This document shows positions 13,245-26,002 of a stretch of DNA of 64,000 nt, piece by piece. Every line of letters starts with the position of its first letter. The first letter of the stretch is position 1. The stretch comes from Octopus bimaculoides (Eukaryota): positions 95,424,435-95,488,434 of the forward strand of contig NC_068986.1 in NCBI RefSeq assembly GCF_001194135.2, in the 5' to 3' direction. Made by a program: the position numbers and the translations under genes. The notes under the pieces are model-generated. The model saw nothing but the letters and a program-made list of their open reading frames with translations, made no database searches and was not told the DNA's origin.

Positions 13245-13498
13245 TGGTATAGTTCCCAATGTGTACGTATAGTTAGATACATGTGCATGTATTTATGTTG
13301 TATAAGTGTATGAAAAAAATAACGTGTGTATGGGAAATTGCGTGGAGTGTGTATATATCTGATTGTATATCGGTATATATAAGAAAAATTCATATACAGA
13401 GATAGATAGAAAGATAGATAGATAGATAGATAGAATTATATACATATCCGCGTGTTATTATTGTAATTATTATAAAAGTAGCGAGCTGGCAGGCTGGT

Positions 13499-13661
13499 CG
13501 ACAGGCTTCATTCAGTTTCCGTCTACCAAACCACTAACAAGGCTTTGGTCACCCCGAGGATATAGTAGAAGGTACTTGCCCAAGGTGCCACGCAGTGGGA
13601 CTGAATCCAGAACCATATGGCTGGCAAGCCAGTTTCTTGCCACAAAGCCACGCCTGCGCTT

Positions 13662-13692
<31 letters not shown>

Positions 13693-13905
13693 TCTTTTAC
13701 TTGTTTCAGTCGTTTGACTACGGTCATGCTGGTGTACCGCCTTTAGTCGAGCAAATCGACCGCATGACTTATTCTTTGTAAGCCTAGTACTTATTCTATC
13801 GGTCTCTTTTGCCGAACCGCTAAGTTACGGGGACGTAAACGCACCAACATCAGTTGTCAAGCGCTGGTGGCGGGACAAACACAGACACACAAACATACAA
13901 ACACA
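13499..13905 (-). mobile_element. Two adjacent partial SINE family B copies (5' half 13499-13660; 3' half 13691-13905)
   Basis: Homologous to 56438-56752 (TTTCAGTTTCCGTCTACCAAA; CCGAACCGCTAAGTTACGGGGACGTAAAC). Confidence 0.85.
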
Positions 13906-13954
13906 CATACATATATATTAATTCTCTAAATGAAGTATTAACAGTAACTGCACG

Positions 13955-14058
13955 ATAAAGTGTAGTATATTGCCACTTAAGTGTGGTCCTCCTGGGGTTA
14001 AAAGCAACAGTAACATCCACCCCTAGGGGTCAGCCACACTTAAGTGGCAATATACTAC

Positions 14059-14065
<7 letters not shown>
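13955..14065. repeat. Perfect fold-back hairpin, 32-bp arms, 47-nt loop
   Basis: ATAAAGTGTAGTATATTGCCACTTAAGTGTGG (13955-13986) and its exact reverse complement (14034-14065), abutting (TA)n. Confidence 0.95.
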
Positions 14066-14091
<26 letters not shown>

Positions 14092-14775
14092 NNNNNNNNN
14101 NNNNNNNNNNNNNNNNNNNNNNNNNNNNNNNNNNNNNNNNNNNNNNNNNNNNNNNNNNNNNNNNNNNNNNNNNNNNNNNNNNNNNNNNNNNNNNNNNNNN
14201 NNNNNNNNNNNNNNNNNNNNNNNNNNNNNNNNNNNNNNNNNNNNNNNNNNNNNNNNNNNNNNNNNNNNNNNNNNNNNNNNNNNNNNNNNNNNNNNNNNNN
14301 NNNNNNNNNNNNNNNNNNNNNNNNNNNNNNNNNNNNNNNNNNNNNNNNNNNCCATGATGGTCAAAGTGGTTGTCTGCTTATGTCTCTACCCACGAGACCA
14401 CCAATATATAAATTGAAACGCATATATTTATGTTGATTTATACGTTAATATGTATCTTGCAATGTCTGTTACAGTGTATGTATACAAGTATTTGTGTATG
14501 TGTTGGTACGTATTCATGTATGCATTTATATATGGCTTGTCTGCGTATGTACGTGTGTGTGTATGTGTGTGTAAGAGAATGTGTGCATGCATGTCTGTAT
14601 GTGAATATATATATTTGTGCGTAGAATGCGTGGGCGTGAGTTTGTTGCCTAACGATATGCTTGTGTCGGTGTGAGGTTTATGTATGTGTGCGCATGTGCA
14701 TCAGTGTATGTGTGTGTGTTAATGTGTTTGTGTGAATATATCATGCATGTAAACGTGCGACCATAGTATATGTGT

Positions 14776-14872
<97 letters not shown>

Positions 14873-14965
14873 TGTGTGTATACGTATGTAATGCATATGT
14901 GTGAACAGTGGGGAGGAGAAAAGACTACAGATTGATGGAGACGTACATATTTGTGCGTATGGGTA

Positions 14966-15024
<59 letters not shown>

Positions 15025-15959
15025 NNNNNNNNNNNNNNNNNNNNNNNNNNNNNNNNNNNNNNNNNNNNNNNNNNNNNNNNNNNNNNNNNNNNNNNNNNNN
15101 NNNNNNNNNNNNNNNNNNNNNNNNNNNNNNNNNNNNNNNNNNNNNNNNNNNNNNNNNNNNNNNNNNNNNNNNNNNNNNNNNNNNNNNNNNNNNNNNNNNN
15201 NNNNNNNNNNNNNNNNNNNNNNNNNNNNNNNNNNNNNNNNNNNNNNNNNNNNNNNNNNNNNNNNNNNNNNNNNNNNNNNNNNNNNNNNNNNNNNNNNNNN
15301 NNNNNNNNNNNNNNNNNNNNNNNNNNNNNNNNNNNNNNNNNNNNNNNNNNNNNNNNNNNNNNNNNNNNNNNNNNNNNNNNNNNNNNNNNNNNNNNNNNNN
15401 NNNNNNNNNNNNNNNNNNNNNNNNNNNNNNNNNNNNNNNNNNNNNNNNNNNNNNNNNNNNNNNNNNNNNNNNNNNNNNNNNNNNNNNNNNNNNNNNNNNN
15501 NNNNNNNNNNNNNNNNNNNNNNNNNNNNNNNNNNNNNNNNNNNNNNNNNNNNNNNNNNNNNNNNNNNNNNNNNNNNNNNNNNNNNNNNNNNNNNNNNNNN
15601 NNNNNNNNNNNNNNNNNNNNNNNNNNNNNNNNNNNNNNNNNNNNNNNNNNNNNNNNNNNNNNNNNNNNNNNNNNNNNNNNNNNNNNNNNNNNNNNNNNNN
15701 NNNNNNNNNNNNNNNNNNNNNNNNNNNNNNNNNNNNNNNNNNNNNNNNNNNNNNNNNNNNNNNNNNNNNNNNNNNNNNNNNNNNNNNNNNNNNNNNNNNN
15801 NNNNNNNNNNNNNNNNNNNNNNNNNNNNNNNNNNNNNNNNNNNNNNNNNNNNNNNNNNNNNNNNNNNNNNNNNNNNNNNNNNNNNNNNNNNNNNNNNNNN
15901 NNNNNNNNNNNNNNNNNNNNNNNNNNNNNNNNNNNNNNNNNNNNNNNNNNNNNNNNNNN

Positions 15960-16090
15960 TTTCTGTGGAAGAGCGTAGGCTTGAAACGTTAAAGACTTTC
16001 TCTGTTCCCAAGCGTTATAATAATACATCTATTTGTTTTCTACACCACTTGTTTTCGTCTTTTGTTTTTTGTGAATTCTCCCTATATAAA
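15960..16090 (+). ncRNA. HHR-like motif in a PLE-type terminal repeat (diverged copy of the 43348-43518 family)
   Basis: UUU-CUGUGGA-A-GAGC-GUAG-GCUU-GAAACGUU-AAAGA, then a 3' segment ending TTCTCCC next to (TA)n. Confidence 0.55.
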
Positions 16091-16123
16091 TATATATATA
16101 TATATATATTTCTATAGGGAGAT

Positions 16124-16158
<35 letters not shown>

Positions 16159-16343
16159 GACTATAAGTGTGTCTATATATGTATGTATGTATACACACTT
16201 GAAGCTTACTAATGTACTATTATATGTATATAGTATGTATCAGGTATGTGGGTATGTATGCAAGCGCGTATGTATGCATGTATGTATAACAAAAAAATAC
16301 AAATACGAAAACTCACAAAAGTACAAGCGACGCTCACAGAATA

Positions 16344-16394
<51 letters not shown>

Positions 16395-16935
16395 NNNNNN
16401 NNNNNNNNNNNNNNNNNNNNNNNNNNNNNNNNNNNNNNNNNNNNNNNNNNNNNNNNNNNNNNNNNNNNNNNNNNNNNNNNNNNNNNNNNNNNNNNNNNNN
16501 NNNNNNNNNNNNNNNNNNNNNNNNNNNNNNNNNNNNNNNNNNNNNNNNNNNNNNNNNNNNNNNNNNNNNNNNNNNNNNNNNNNNNNNNNNNNNNNNNNNN
16601 NNNNNNNNNNNNNNNNNNNNNNNNNNNNNNNNNNNNNNNNNNNNNNNNNNNNNNNNNNNNNNNNNNNNNNNNNNNNNNNNNNNNNNNNNNNNNNNNNNNN
16701 NNNNNNNNNNNNNNNNNNNNNNNNNNNNNNNNNNNNNNNNNNNNNNNNNNNNNNNNNNNNNNNNNNNNNNNNNNNNNNNNNNNNNNNNNNNNNNNNNNNN
16801 NNNNNNNNNNNNNNNNNNNNNNNNNNNNNNNNNNNNNNNNNNNNNNNNNNNNNNNNNNNNNNNNNNNNNNNNNNNNNNNNNNNNNNNNNNNNNNNNNNNN
16901 NNNNNNNNNNNNNNNNNNNNNNNNNNNNNNNNNNN

Positions 16936-17010
<75 letters not shown>

Positions 17011-17399
17011 GTCCATTACTGTTACTGGTCATTAATTATTATGTTGTGGCAGTCTAGTTCTGACTTCCGATTGAGATGTGTATACCTTACAGAGTGATGT
17101 TGTTGCAGTATCCTGTCTGATGTGAAACAGTCCGTTCATAACAAGCTTTTTTGGCAGCTTCAACTCTATCAACCGCTATGGAGTTGAGAGCTATCTTTTG
17201 ACCAGAGTTCAGTTGTCTAATGTGAAGTATCCATCTAGGAATGACAATCGCCTTTCATGATGTCTCAATGCCCCCTTCCATCCACAACCAGCTTGTTTCT
17301 TGACGCTCGAATTCTTCAAGTAGCTCTGCTACGTACGTTGTATACATGTTCATTGCCAGCTTATAATTCCCAAATTCCATTTGGACTTCTTTTTCTGAG

Positions 17400-17690
17400 A
17401 AATCCATTATTTTGCCCTTCGGAAACCGAAATGTCATCTTCCGGTCATCTACCCAGGATTTCATTCTGACAAGTTCTTTATTTAAGCTAGCAACTACATG
17501 AGTGTCATTTTCTGGTGTTGAGTTTATTGATGCATGTGTGTGAAGCCATCGTTGTAGTAAAGGCACAGCTCGGTTTTCACAGACACTAACCAAATCGTCA
17601 GTGGAAACCGAGAAAAGAAACGGATCAAATATTGAGCCTTGTACGATAAATAAATCAAGAGATTTATTCACAGAGGTGACTTTGATAGTT
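17400..17690 (-). pseudogene. LINE (CR1/L2-like) reverse transcriptase fragment
   Basis: QGSIFDPFLFSVSTDDL (resembles QGSILGPLLF..YINDL) followed by LNKELVRMKSWVDDRKMTF. Confidence 0.7.
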
Positions 17691-17726
17691 TTCCAACAAA
17701 AGTAACTTTGAATCCTTTGTCTGCAT

Positions 17727-18000
17727 ATAAACTTAGATAAACTTAGATATGTTTCGACCAAAGATTGGTCCAGGCCATGTCTAACTTAATAGCACCACCT
17801 GATAGGATTATCCAAATCCTTTTTACAGTCAAGTTTTGTCTATGGTCCATTCAACTAGTGAGTTCTTATTGAGCGAGTCGTATCCAGGTATAGGTGGCCT
17901 GTCTGGTACTCATTGAAGAAAGTTGCCTAGACTCCGTTTAAAGCTGATAGGATCCTTTTCCTCTTTTATCTGTTTCGGGACAATGTTAAACAGGGCGTTG
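17727..18000 (-). mobile_element. 5'-truncated LINE 3' end (CR1/L2-like) with terminal stem-loop and tandem tail
   Basis: ALFNIVPKQIKEEKDPISFKRSLGNFLQ*VPDRPPIPGYDSLNKNSLVEW; 3' stem-loop TTAGACATG...GACC/GGTC...CATATCTAA; tail repeat ATAAACTTAG x2 on the plus strand. Confidence 0.6.
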
Positions 18001-18680
18001 TTAAATACCAATTTAACATCATCCAAGACCCATCACCACCATCAACCAGCATCTAATAGATTCATAATACCATGCACTCACCATTCAAAACCACTACAAC
18101 GCGCCACACTGTCATCATTCTATACTGCTATAAAACCATCCACACCACTATCACCAATCACTGACATGAGGCTAAACAATTGCATACCATCGCACTGTGC
18201 ACAGTACCCGCCTCCCACCTTCAACAGTACCCGCCACATCCCCACCAAGCGAGAACCATTAAGAGCTCACGCGGTCAGCTAAATTAGCAGACGATCCTCC
18301 CACATCCCGTCTCCAACCGACATAATAACAAGAGGGAGATATTGAATAATGTTGTCCTAGATATGTTATGGCTGTATAAAATTTACGGAGTAGTCATGGT
18401 TGGAATGCTTGTGAAAAAAATTGACCTGCAGCTAAACAACAACAACTGCCGCCACCATCACCATTATTCAACCCATGCTAATCACATTCCACACTATCCC
18501 AACACAGATCGATATCACAGAAATATTGATATGTTGAAAACACTCCAGAAGTCAATTCAGATATAATCAAAAACAGTAAATAATGGGAAAATATCAACTA
18601 CTTGTGTTCGAGTGTGTGTGTATGTATGTGGGTGTATATGTGTGTATGTGTGTCTTCAATTGAATATATCTCTCCTCTCT

Positions 18681-18721
<41 letters not shown>

Positions 18722-18882
18722 CTCTCTAACATACACATACTTTGTATGTGTATATAAAAATGTGTGTTGATTATTCNNNNNNNNNNCATACACATACTTT
18801 GTATGTGTATATAAAAATGTGTGTTGATTATTCGGATATCTACATAGACTTCATACATCCATACACACACACATACACACAC

Positions 18883-18921
<39 letters not shown>

Positions 18922-20306
18922 TATATGGCTGCGTCTCGGAACCATAATAGCCCTACCTCCCCCCGGACAATTCAACGCTCTGGGTCCTATAGTTTTTATT
19001 TTGGTTATGTCTGTATAGATGTAAAAAACCAGCCAACTCTGAAAAGCACAGGCCACTGCCGTAACAACTGTAAGCGGAAACGTCAGAAAGGGTCAGACAC
19101 GTGCTAGTGGGATACTTTATGTCTATCTGCTGTGTTGTCTGTCTTTGAACGTGGCCTAATGTATCTGTATGCAAAGCAGCTGTACCATCCTATATGTGTG
19201 AGTAACACTTTATCGAAGGTATCATCGGATCATTGTAAACAGTTAATAGATGGTGTAAATTTGAATTATTTTCTGGCTTTCTAGAAGGATAGTCTGCATA
19301 ATGCAGTTTTAACTAAACAACAGTATCACTTAAGAGATAAGATTAGCATAACCCATTGGAGAATGTTTACGATGCTTCTGTTCATGAAGTCCGTGCACGT
19401 ATGGCAATGAGTTTTGCTTATGATGATTAAGGAGGGAATGAAGGGAGCTTTATCTGCATGAGAGTGAATTTTATTAGAAGTGACAGCAAATTGGACAATG
19501 ACGTATAGGGGTAAAGACTGAGGGCAAAACTGAACCTTGGAGCACACAGAGTTGTTAGTATCGGTCAGAAATACAAGGGTCAAGTTGTAACTATCTTGTG
19601 TGCAATTTTTAAGAGATTTGATTACTATTTCTAAGAAGTCAAGAAACTACGGAGTATCTCATTCGTTATAATATGTACGTTCTCTTCGGTTTTTAAGTAT
19701 TTGAAATCTTCCTGTAATGAAGGGGTTGATTCCAAACAAGGATATAAAAGCTCTCTCGTTAAGATAGAGATTACAAAAACAAATTCACATTTTGAACTTT
19801 AAAAAAGTCTCGTATATTTTTACTGCTCCACTTACAGGTTGTACTTATAATGTGCAAGTTAGACGGTTACTTTCGTCTTTTGAAACGCTCAGCTTATCCA
19901 AACTGCTATTTGGGCATTTACTCACAAACCCAAGTGCACCAATTATTATTAGCATAAATTTGAATTTATGTATATATTTATGCATGTACATACTTACGTA
20001 CACAGACACACAAATACAAAAAACCACGCACACGGACACACACACACACACACATATATATATGCATGTATATATGTAGGTATATTTGTATTTATATATG
20101 TATTTATGCATGTATACATGTATGAATGCATGTGTGTATGTATCGGCGTTAAAGTTTTATGCATGTAATTTATATTTACTCCATACATGTAGTAACCTGT
20201 TTCACTGTGCAAACACAGACGTCTGTAGAAACAAGTGTGATTCTTAGCTCTACAGACGTTTGTCTGCACAGTGAAACAAACTGTTACGTATAAGCTATGA
20301 ATCAAA

Positions 20307-20360
<54 letters not shown>

Positions 20361-20836
20361 GGCATACACACACGCACAGACACACACACACACATATATA
20401 TATATATAATTTAAAACTTATTGAGTTCTTCGTTGAAGTGTGTTCTTCTTGATCGCTTCAACGGGATTGTCATATATATATATATATATATATATATGCA
20501 TGTGTGTGTAACGCCTTTATATACACTGTGTGTATATATATGCATATATGCATATGTACATCTATACACTTATGTATTTATATATATATATATATATATA
20601 ACCGGTCGAAACTGTATATATACATATAGTGTAACCGGTCGAAACTATATATATACATAAACTGTAAAGATAATCTGAAAACTTGACTGAGGAGAGAAGG
20701 CCACAAATGGCTCGCCCTTGTTTTGTCCTGTTCGTCTTTTTATTGTTCTTCTTGTCCGTCTTCGTATCGTCTACCTGTCCGGATGTTTTATTGCCGTCTG
20801 TCGTGTTCTTGTTCCATTTTGGGGATACATACATAC

Positions 20837-20909
<73 letters not shown>

Positions 20910-21588
20910 TGCATATGAATCTCTTTTGATTTTTGTAGGCATGTATATTTGAATTTGTCCGGTTAAAGCTAAAACCATGGTTGTACGTATGGATGTACGT
21001 GGGTGCAACATTTCAACCCCTTCACTAACAGGAAATCATTGAAATCCTTGCTTGACTGAAAGAAGATAACCAATACTAAAATTGATTTCCAGATCTGACG
21101 TGAATAGATATAACAATAGACTAGATACGTATAAGTGTGTAGTGTGTAAGTAGCGAACAATGTGCAAAGCGGAGCAGATACGTATTAGTAAATGCGGCAA
21201 TGATTCTGTGATATCATCGCAATTCAACGTCAAACTGAAGAGTTCAATTTTGCTGAAGTACAAGTTAGCAATATATAGTTAGTGTTTTCTGTGTTCTTGT
21301 GTTACGTTTTGAATGCTATGCTACAGGGAAGTTAAAACTAAAGAGGAAATTATAGCTTTTGGAGATTACTTAACAAAGTGTCTTTTGTGAATGTTGTACT
21401 ATTTGTGATTTCTTTAAAAAAAGATTTAAATTGTATTGAGGCAAGATGTCGAATACTTAATATCTTAACGCCTTATAGGATATGCATTCTCATCCATCTA
21501 TCCTGTCTCTCTCTCTTTATCTCTATCTCACTCTCTCATGCTATCTATCTATCTCTTTCTCTCTCACTCTCTACCTCTATACATATCA

Positions 21589-21661
<73 letters not shown>

Positions 21662-21720
21662 GTTTGGGAGAATAAAGAAGAGAAGTAGAAGTATATACAT
21701 TAGTCAAGATACATTTTTTA

Positions 21721-21850
21721 CAATTTTTATCCGGAAGAAAGTTACGCTAATGACTCGAGGGCTGAGAGTGTCGTACGTGATAAGTGCATGCACGATGCTC
21801 TCGGCCCTTAAGTCACTTTTGTAACCTTCTTGCGGTTAAAGATAAAATTG
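21721..21850 (+). other. 130-nt imperfect hairpin (MITE-like or pre-miRNA-like)
   Basis: Core AGGGCUGAGAGUGUCGU-A-CGUG / loop AUAAGUG / CAUG-C-ACGAUGCUCUCGGCCCU; outer pairing extends to CAATTTT...AAAATTG; flanked by TA on both sides. Confidence 0.8.
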
Positions 21851-23604
21851 TATATATGATATTATATATATATATATAGATAAGTGCTGGGTGTGTTCTT
21901 AGTAGTACACCAATAAAGTGCGTTCACTGCCTATGGCTGCCTGGCGTCATCCACAGTAACTATTGTCTCTGGATTTACCTCAGGAATTCCTCATCGTATG
22001 TTGATTGTAGAGCAAATGATAGAGACGGAAAATGGAATACACGTGTAACTTTATTGTTCACAACGATTGTTTCGATACGCCCTGTATCGATCCCTCGCGG
22101 GTGGGAAACTATGAAACTAGTTGTGGTTCATCCCTCGGTGCAGAAACCGCTCGTCAGATAATGCAATAAGGAATACCTCGTTAAATGAACTCTGTTTCAC
22201 ACGGATTTAACATCCCATGTTGTTAGTGTTATATATATATGTGTGTGTGTGTGCGTGAACCTGGAACCATGTGGTTGGTAAGGAAGCTACTTACCACACA
22301 GCCACCCCTGCGCATATGTATATACATATGTATGTGTATGAGATGTAGATGGGGCAATACAGGTGAGACAGTATTGTGTGATATGTATTAATACTGAACT
22401 TGCATAGTCGCGTACGATTAAGATGATTACACTAATATTAATCCAATATTCCCTTCTACACATTTCTTTCAAATAATGTCATATGAAACGAAGCTAGACG
22501 AAAAAACAGTCATTTCAAAAATTCAGACATTCTCCTCACATAGACACACACATATTCACACAGACGCACACATACACGAGCACGCGCGCATGTACACATA
22601 CGCCAACGTACAACAACTCTCCTTCTTCGTTCATCCGACGCCAATAAAATCTCCACTAAACGAAAACAAAATATGGCTGACATATAAATTTATCACTTAT
22701 GACCGTTTCGACCATTGTTCTGCGATGTATGGTTGAAAATATCTCGACACGGTGAAGTTATTCGATGTCACGTCTTGTTCGATGCCAACAACAAACGATT
22801 CCTAATCATGAAACACTCTCACTGCAGTCATTTTTTATAGTAATTGTTGTATTGTTATTATTACATTTCTGGTTGTGGGTTCTTTTTTTCTATCTTTTAA
22901 CCTCGTGTTAATAATTCATAGTCGGCCATTTTGATTGAAGATTTACTGTCATGTCAACTTCCATGTTTGTTTAATAGAAACGATCTTATCTGTTAATGCA
23001 CCAATGCATAAATAAGAAGATTTGGGACAAAAACTTGTCAGATGTTCCAGACGACTCCTTCAAACAACTACGCTTTTATACTTAGAAAGATACTGCGAGA
23101 TATTTTTTATGTATGTGATTCTAGAACAGTAGGCAGCACTCCTCTGAAATGAGTCTCTTACACGCTAGAAATAACAGTCAAATCACTATCAAATAACACT
23201 TTACTGTTTTGGAGGAAGATATCTGTACGTGTATTCAACCATAGCACCTGGAGGAAGCTCGCCAGTTGTATGGGAAGGAATGTATGTATGTATGTATGTA
23301 TGTATGTATGTATGTATGTATGTGTGTGTGTATGTATGTATGTATGCATGTATGTATGTATGAATGTATGTATGTATGTATGAATGAATGTATGTATGTG
23401 TGTATATAAGTACATATGTATATATGTATGTAAGTACATATGCATATATGTATATATACATTTATAAATACATATATATATGTATATATATATTTATATA
23501 TATATTTACATATATTTCATATATATGTGTGNNNNNNNNNNNNNNNNNNNNNNNNNNNNNNNNNNNNNNNNNNNNNNNNNNNNNNNNNNNNNNNNNNNNN
23601 NNNN

Positions 23605-23650
<46 letters not shown>

Positions 23651-23664
23651 ACATCAATGAAATA

Positions 23665-24560
23665 TTTTCGGGAGGCAAACTTGGAACGTATCACCGATAT
23701 CGCTCTGATCCAGTTAAGAAGGGCGTTAAATAAGGAGATATCATCTCTTCAAAGCTCTTCACATCATATCTTGAAATAGTCATCAGAGACATTCGTTCTA
23801 AATGTAGTGTCAACATCAACAGCGAGCTTCTAACACACCTCCGATTCGTAGATGACATCATGCTGTAAATCATGAGATCAGCTACAAACCATGCTAACAG
23901 CTATAGACTTCGAAATAGGTCACATTAATGCAAAATACATGCACTCTGAAAATGTATCACTAGGTCCAATAGTGGTAGGAACCGATGAAGTCGAGGAGGT
24001 AAAGAGGTACATCTAAGGAAAACAGACAGTAAATATATACCAAGGCATGAAGGTCGAAATCTTCTGCTGAGTAAGGGCGGATATTTGCCTCGATTAAAGA
24101 TGTGCTCAAAGCACAGAAAGACGAGATCCTGAGTTACAATCTCTTCAATAGCACCACCCTATTTGCGTTCGTAAGTGAGATGTAGACTACTACGAAGAAG
24201 GAAGAACAACGACTGCCTACGACACAGAGTGTCATGGGAAGATACATGCTAGGAATATCATAGCGAGAACTTACGCGAAAGGAATTCGAGAACGAGTGAA
24301 GCGAACGAAATGATCGCGGATTACGAATGGCACAAGATGCACTGGGTCGGACATCTCATAAGGCTTACAGACGACAAGCGGATTCATGTAGTCGAGTGGT
24401 ATCCAAAAGAAGACATCACTTGAAAGACCTCCAAAGTGAGAGGAAAACGATTTGGTCAAATGATTCGGACCTAATCGGGAAAGAAGAATGCAATCAAGGG
24501 AAGAATTGATGTGTATTGTGACGATCGTTGTATAGGGACATCTGATAGTCTGGTCGATAA
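23665..24560 (+). pseudogene. RTE-clade LINE RT/C-terminal fragment
   Basis: PVKKGVK*GDIISSKLFTSYLE...NINSELLTHLRFVDDIML, with downstream frameshifted RTE-like segments. Confidence 0.85.
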
Positions 24561-24699
24561 AATGATACACACACATACACACAACACACATACAACACAC
24601 ACACACGCGCACAATATACACACACACTCACACATGGATACACACACAAAGAAAATGGGTCTCCCGTCGATGTTGACGATAAGTATTCTGTAACTCACT

Positions 24700-24985
24700 C
24701 AACTGTTTAACCTGTCCGTTTAATTTGCACGTTAAGTGACCGAGTATTCCACAGATTCGTGTGCCCTTTGCGCAACTCGCAAGTAGAATCAGCATGACAT
24801 AGTGTGACATGGATGGACCTTTGAATTACAGCAGGAACAATCCACCCGCTGAGCCTCCAAATAGTTTCCTTCTAAGGTTCTTTCGCAAGGTACGGAAAGA
24901 CCTGAAGCTATAGTAAAAGGCTCTTGTCCAAGATGCCATATGTTGGAATCAAACGCGGGACCTGGACATTGCAAAGTTCTTAACA
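24700..24985 (-). mobile_element. Degenerate SINE family C
   Basis: Similar to 58922-59243 (TGTGACA...CCTTTGAATTACAG). Confidence 0.5.
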
Positions 24986-26002
24986 AATCACCTATGCTGC
25001 GTATATAATTTCACGTACATATACATATACATAAAAACGTGTGTATATTAATCATATACAGTAGACTTGATAAATATTGATATATATTTGGCTTTGCTGT
25101 GAAAATATAACCTTTGACTAAATCACAAAATGTTCGGTAACTGAAAGTGCTTATTTGGTCGATATATGTTTTGTTTGTCTCAATACTCATCAGGTTCGTT
25201 TATCTCACCTCTAAACCACATAAATTACAGAGAACAATTCGCTTTTTACAAAATTTGAATAAATTAAAGTACATCGCACAAAGCTGAGGGTCGGAATGTA
25301 TTAAGTGTTAACACAACGTTGATTTGAAGATATATATGACTTAGTCATGTAAAGTGACAATAGTTTCTCTACATTTTTGAGAAAATTTGCTCTCCGTAAT
25401 ATCGATAATTGAGAAGGCAAGCGATCCTGATGAATATTGAGGAAGACGGAATGTGTGTCAGACGATTCTTTAGTCTTGGTTATCGAAAATTCTCTGATTG
25501 TATAGTGAAACTAGATATATGTTGACCGAGTATATTGTATATGATTTACATATATATATTTATTTATAACAACGCTACGTTGGTATTTACATATATATTT
25601 TCTTTCATTGACGATTTCTCTTTCTCGCTCCCTCTATGTCGCTCTCCTTCTTCCGATAAACAACTAACATCTGAGCTGTTAAGGCAATTTCTTTTTCTAT
25701 TCAACCTTATTGCCTAATGTAGTTACACTCTGTGTGTGTGTATGTGCGTGTGTGTGCGCGCGCGCGCGTTTGTGTGTACGTGTTTGTGTGTGTATGTTTG
25801 TGTATGGATATCTATATATGTGTATATATATATGTGTAAATATATATGTATATATATATATATATTTACACATATATATATACACACATATATAGATATC
25901 CATACACAAACATACACACACAAACACGTACACACAAACGCGCGCGCGCGCACACACACACACGCACATACACACACACAGAGTGTATTATATTATATTA
26001 TA

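Noticed and set aside
17741-17785. GACC/GGUC-GAAAC hammerhead-like motif on the minus strand
   Set aside because: No CUGANGA; better explained as the 3' terminal stem-loop of the adjacent LINE.
18718-18836. Tandem duplication of about 50 bp across a 10-N gap (similar at 7882-7891 and 47198-47207)
   Set aside because: Typical contig-overlap artefact at placeholder gaps.
19019-19107. Possible terminal exon (VKNQPTLKSTGHCRNNCKRKRQKGSDTC*)
   Set aside because: Short, unrecognised, and within chance expectation.
21328-21393. Possible micro-exon (EVKTKEEIIAFGDYLTK)
   Set aside because: Weak donor and no homology evidence.
22051-22165. Minus-strand CUGACGA...(77 nt)...GAAAC-AAUCG-UUGU hammerhead candidate
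   Set aside because: Position 17 is G, and stems I and II do not form convincingly; at best a relic.
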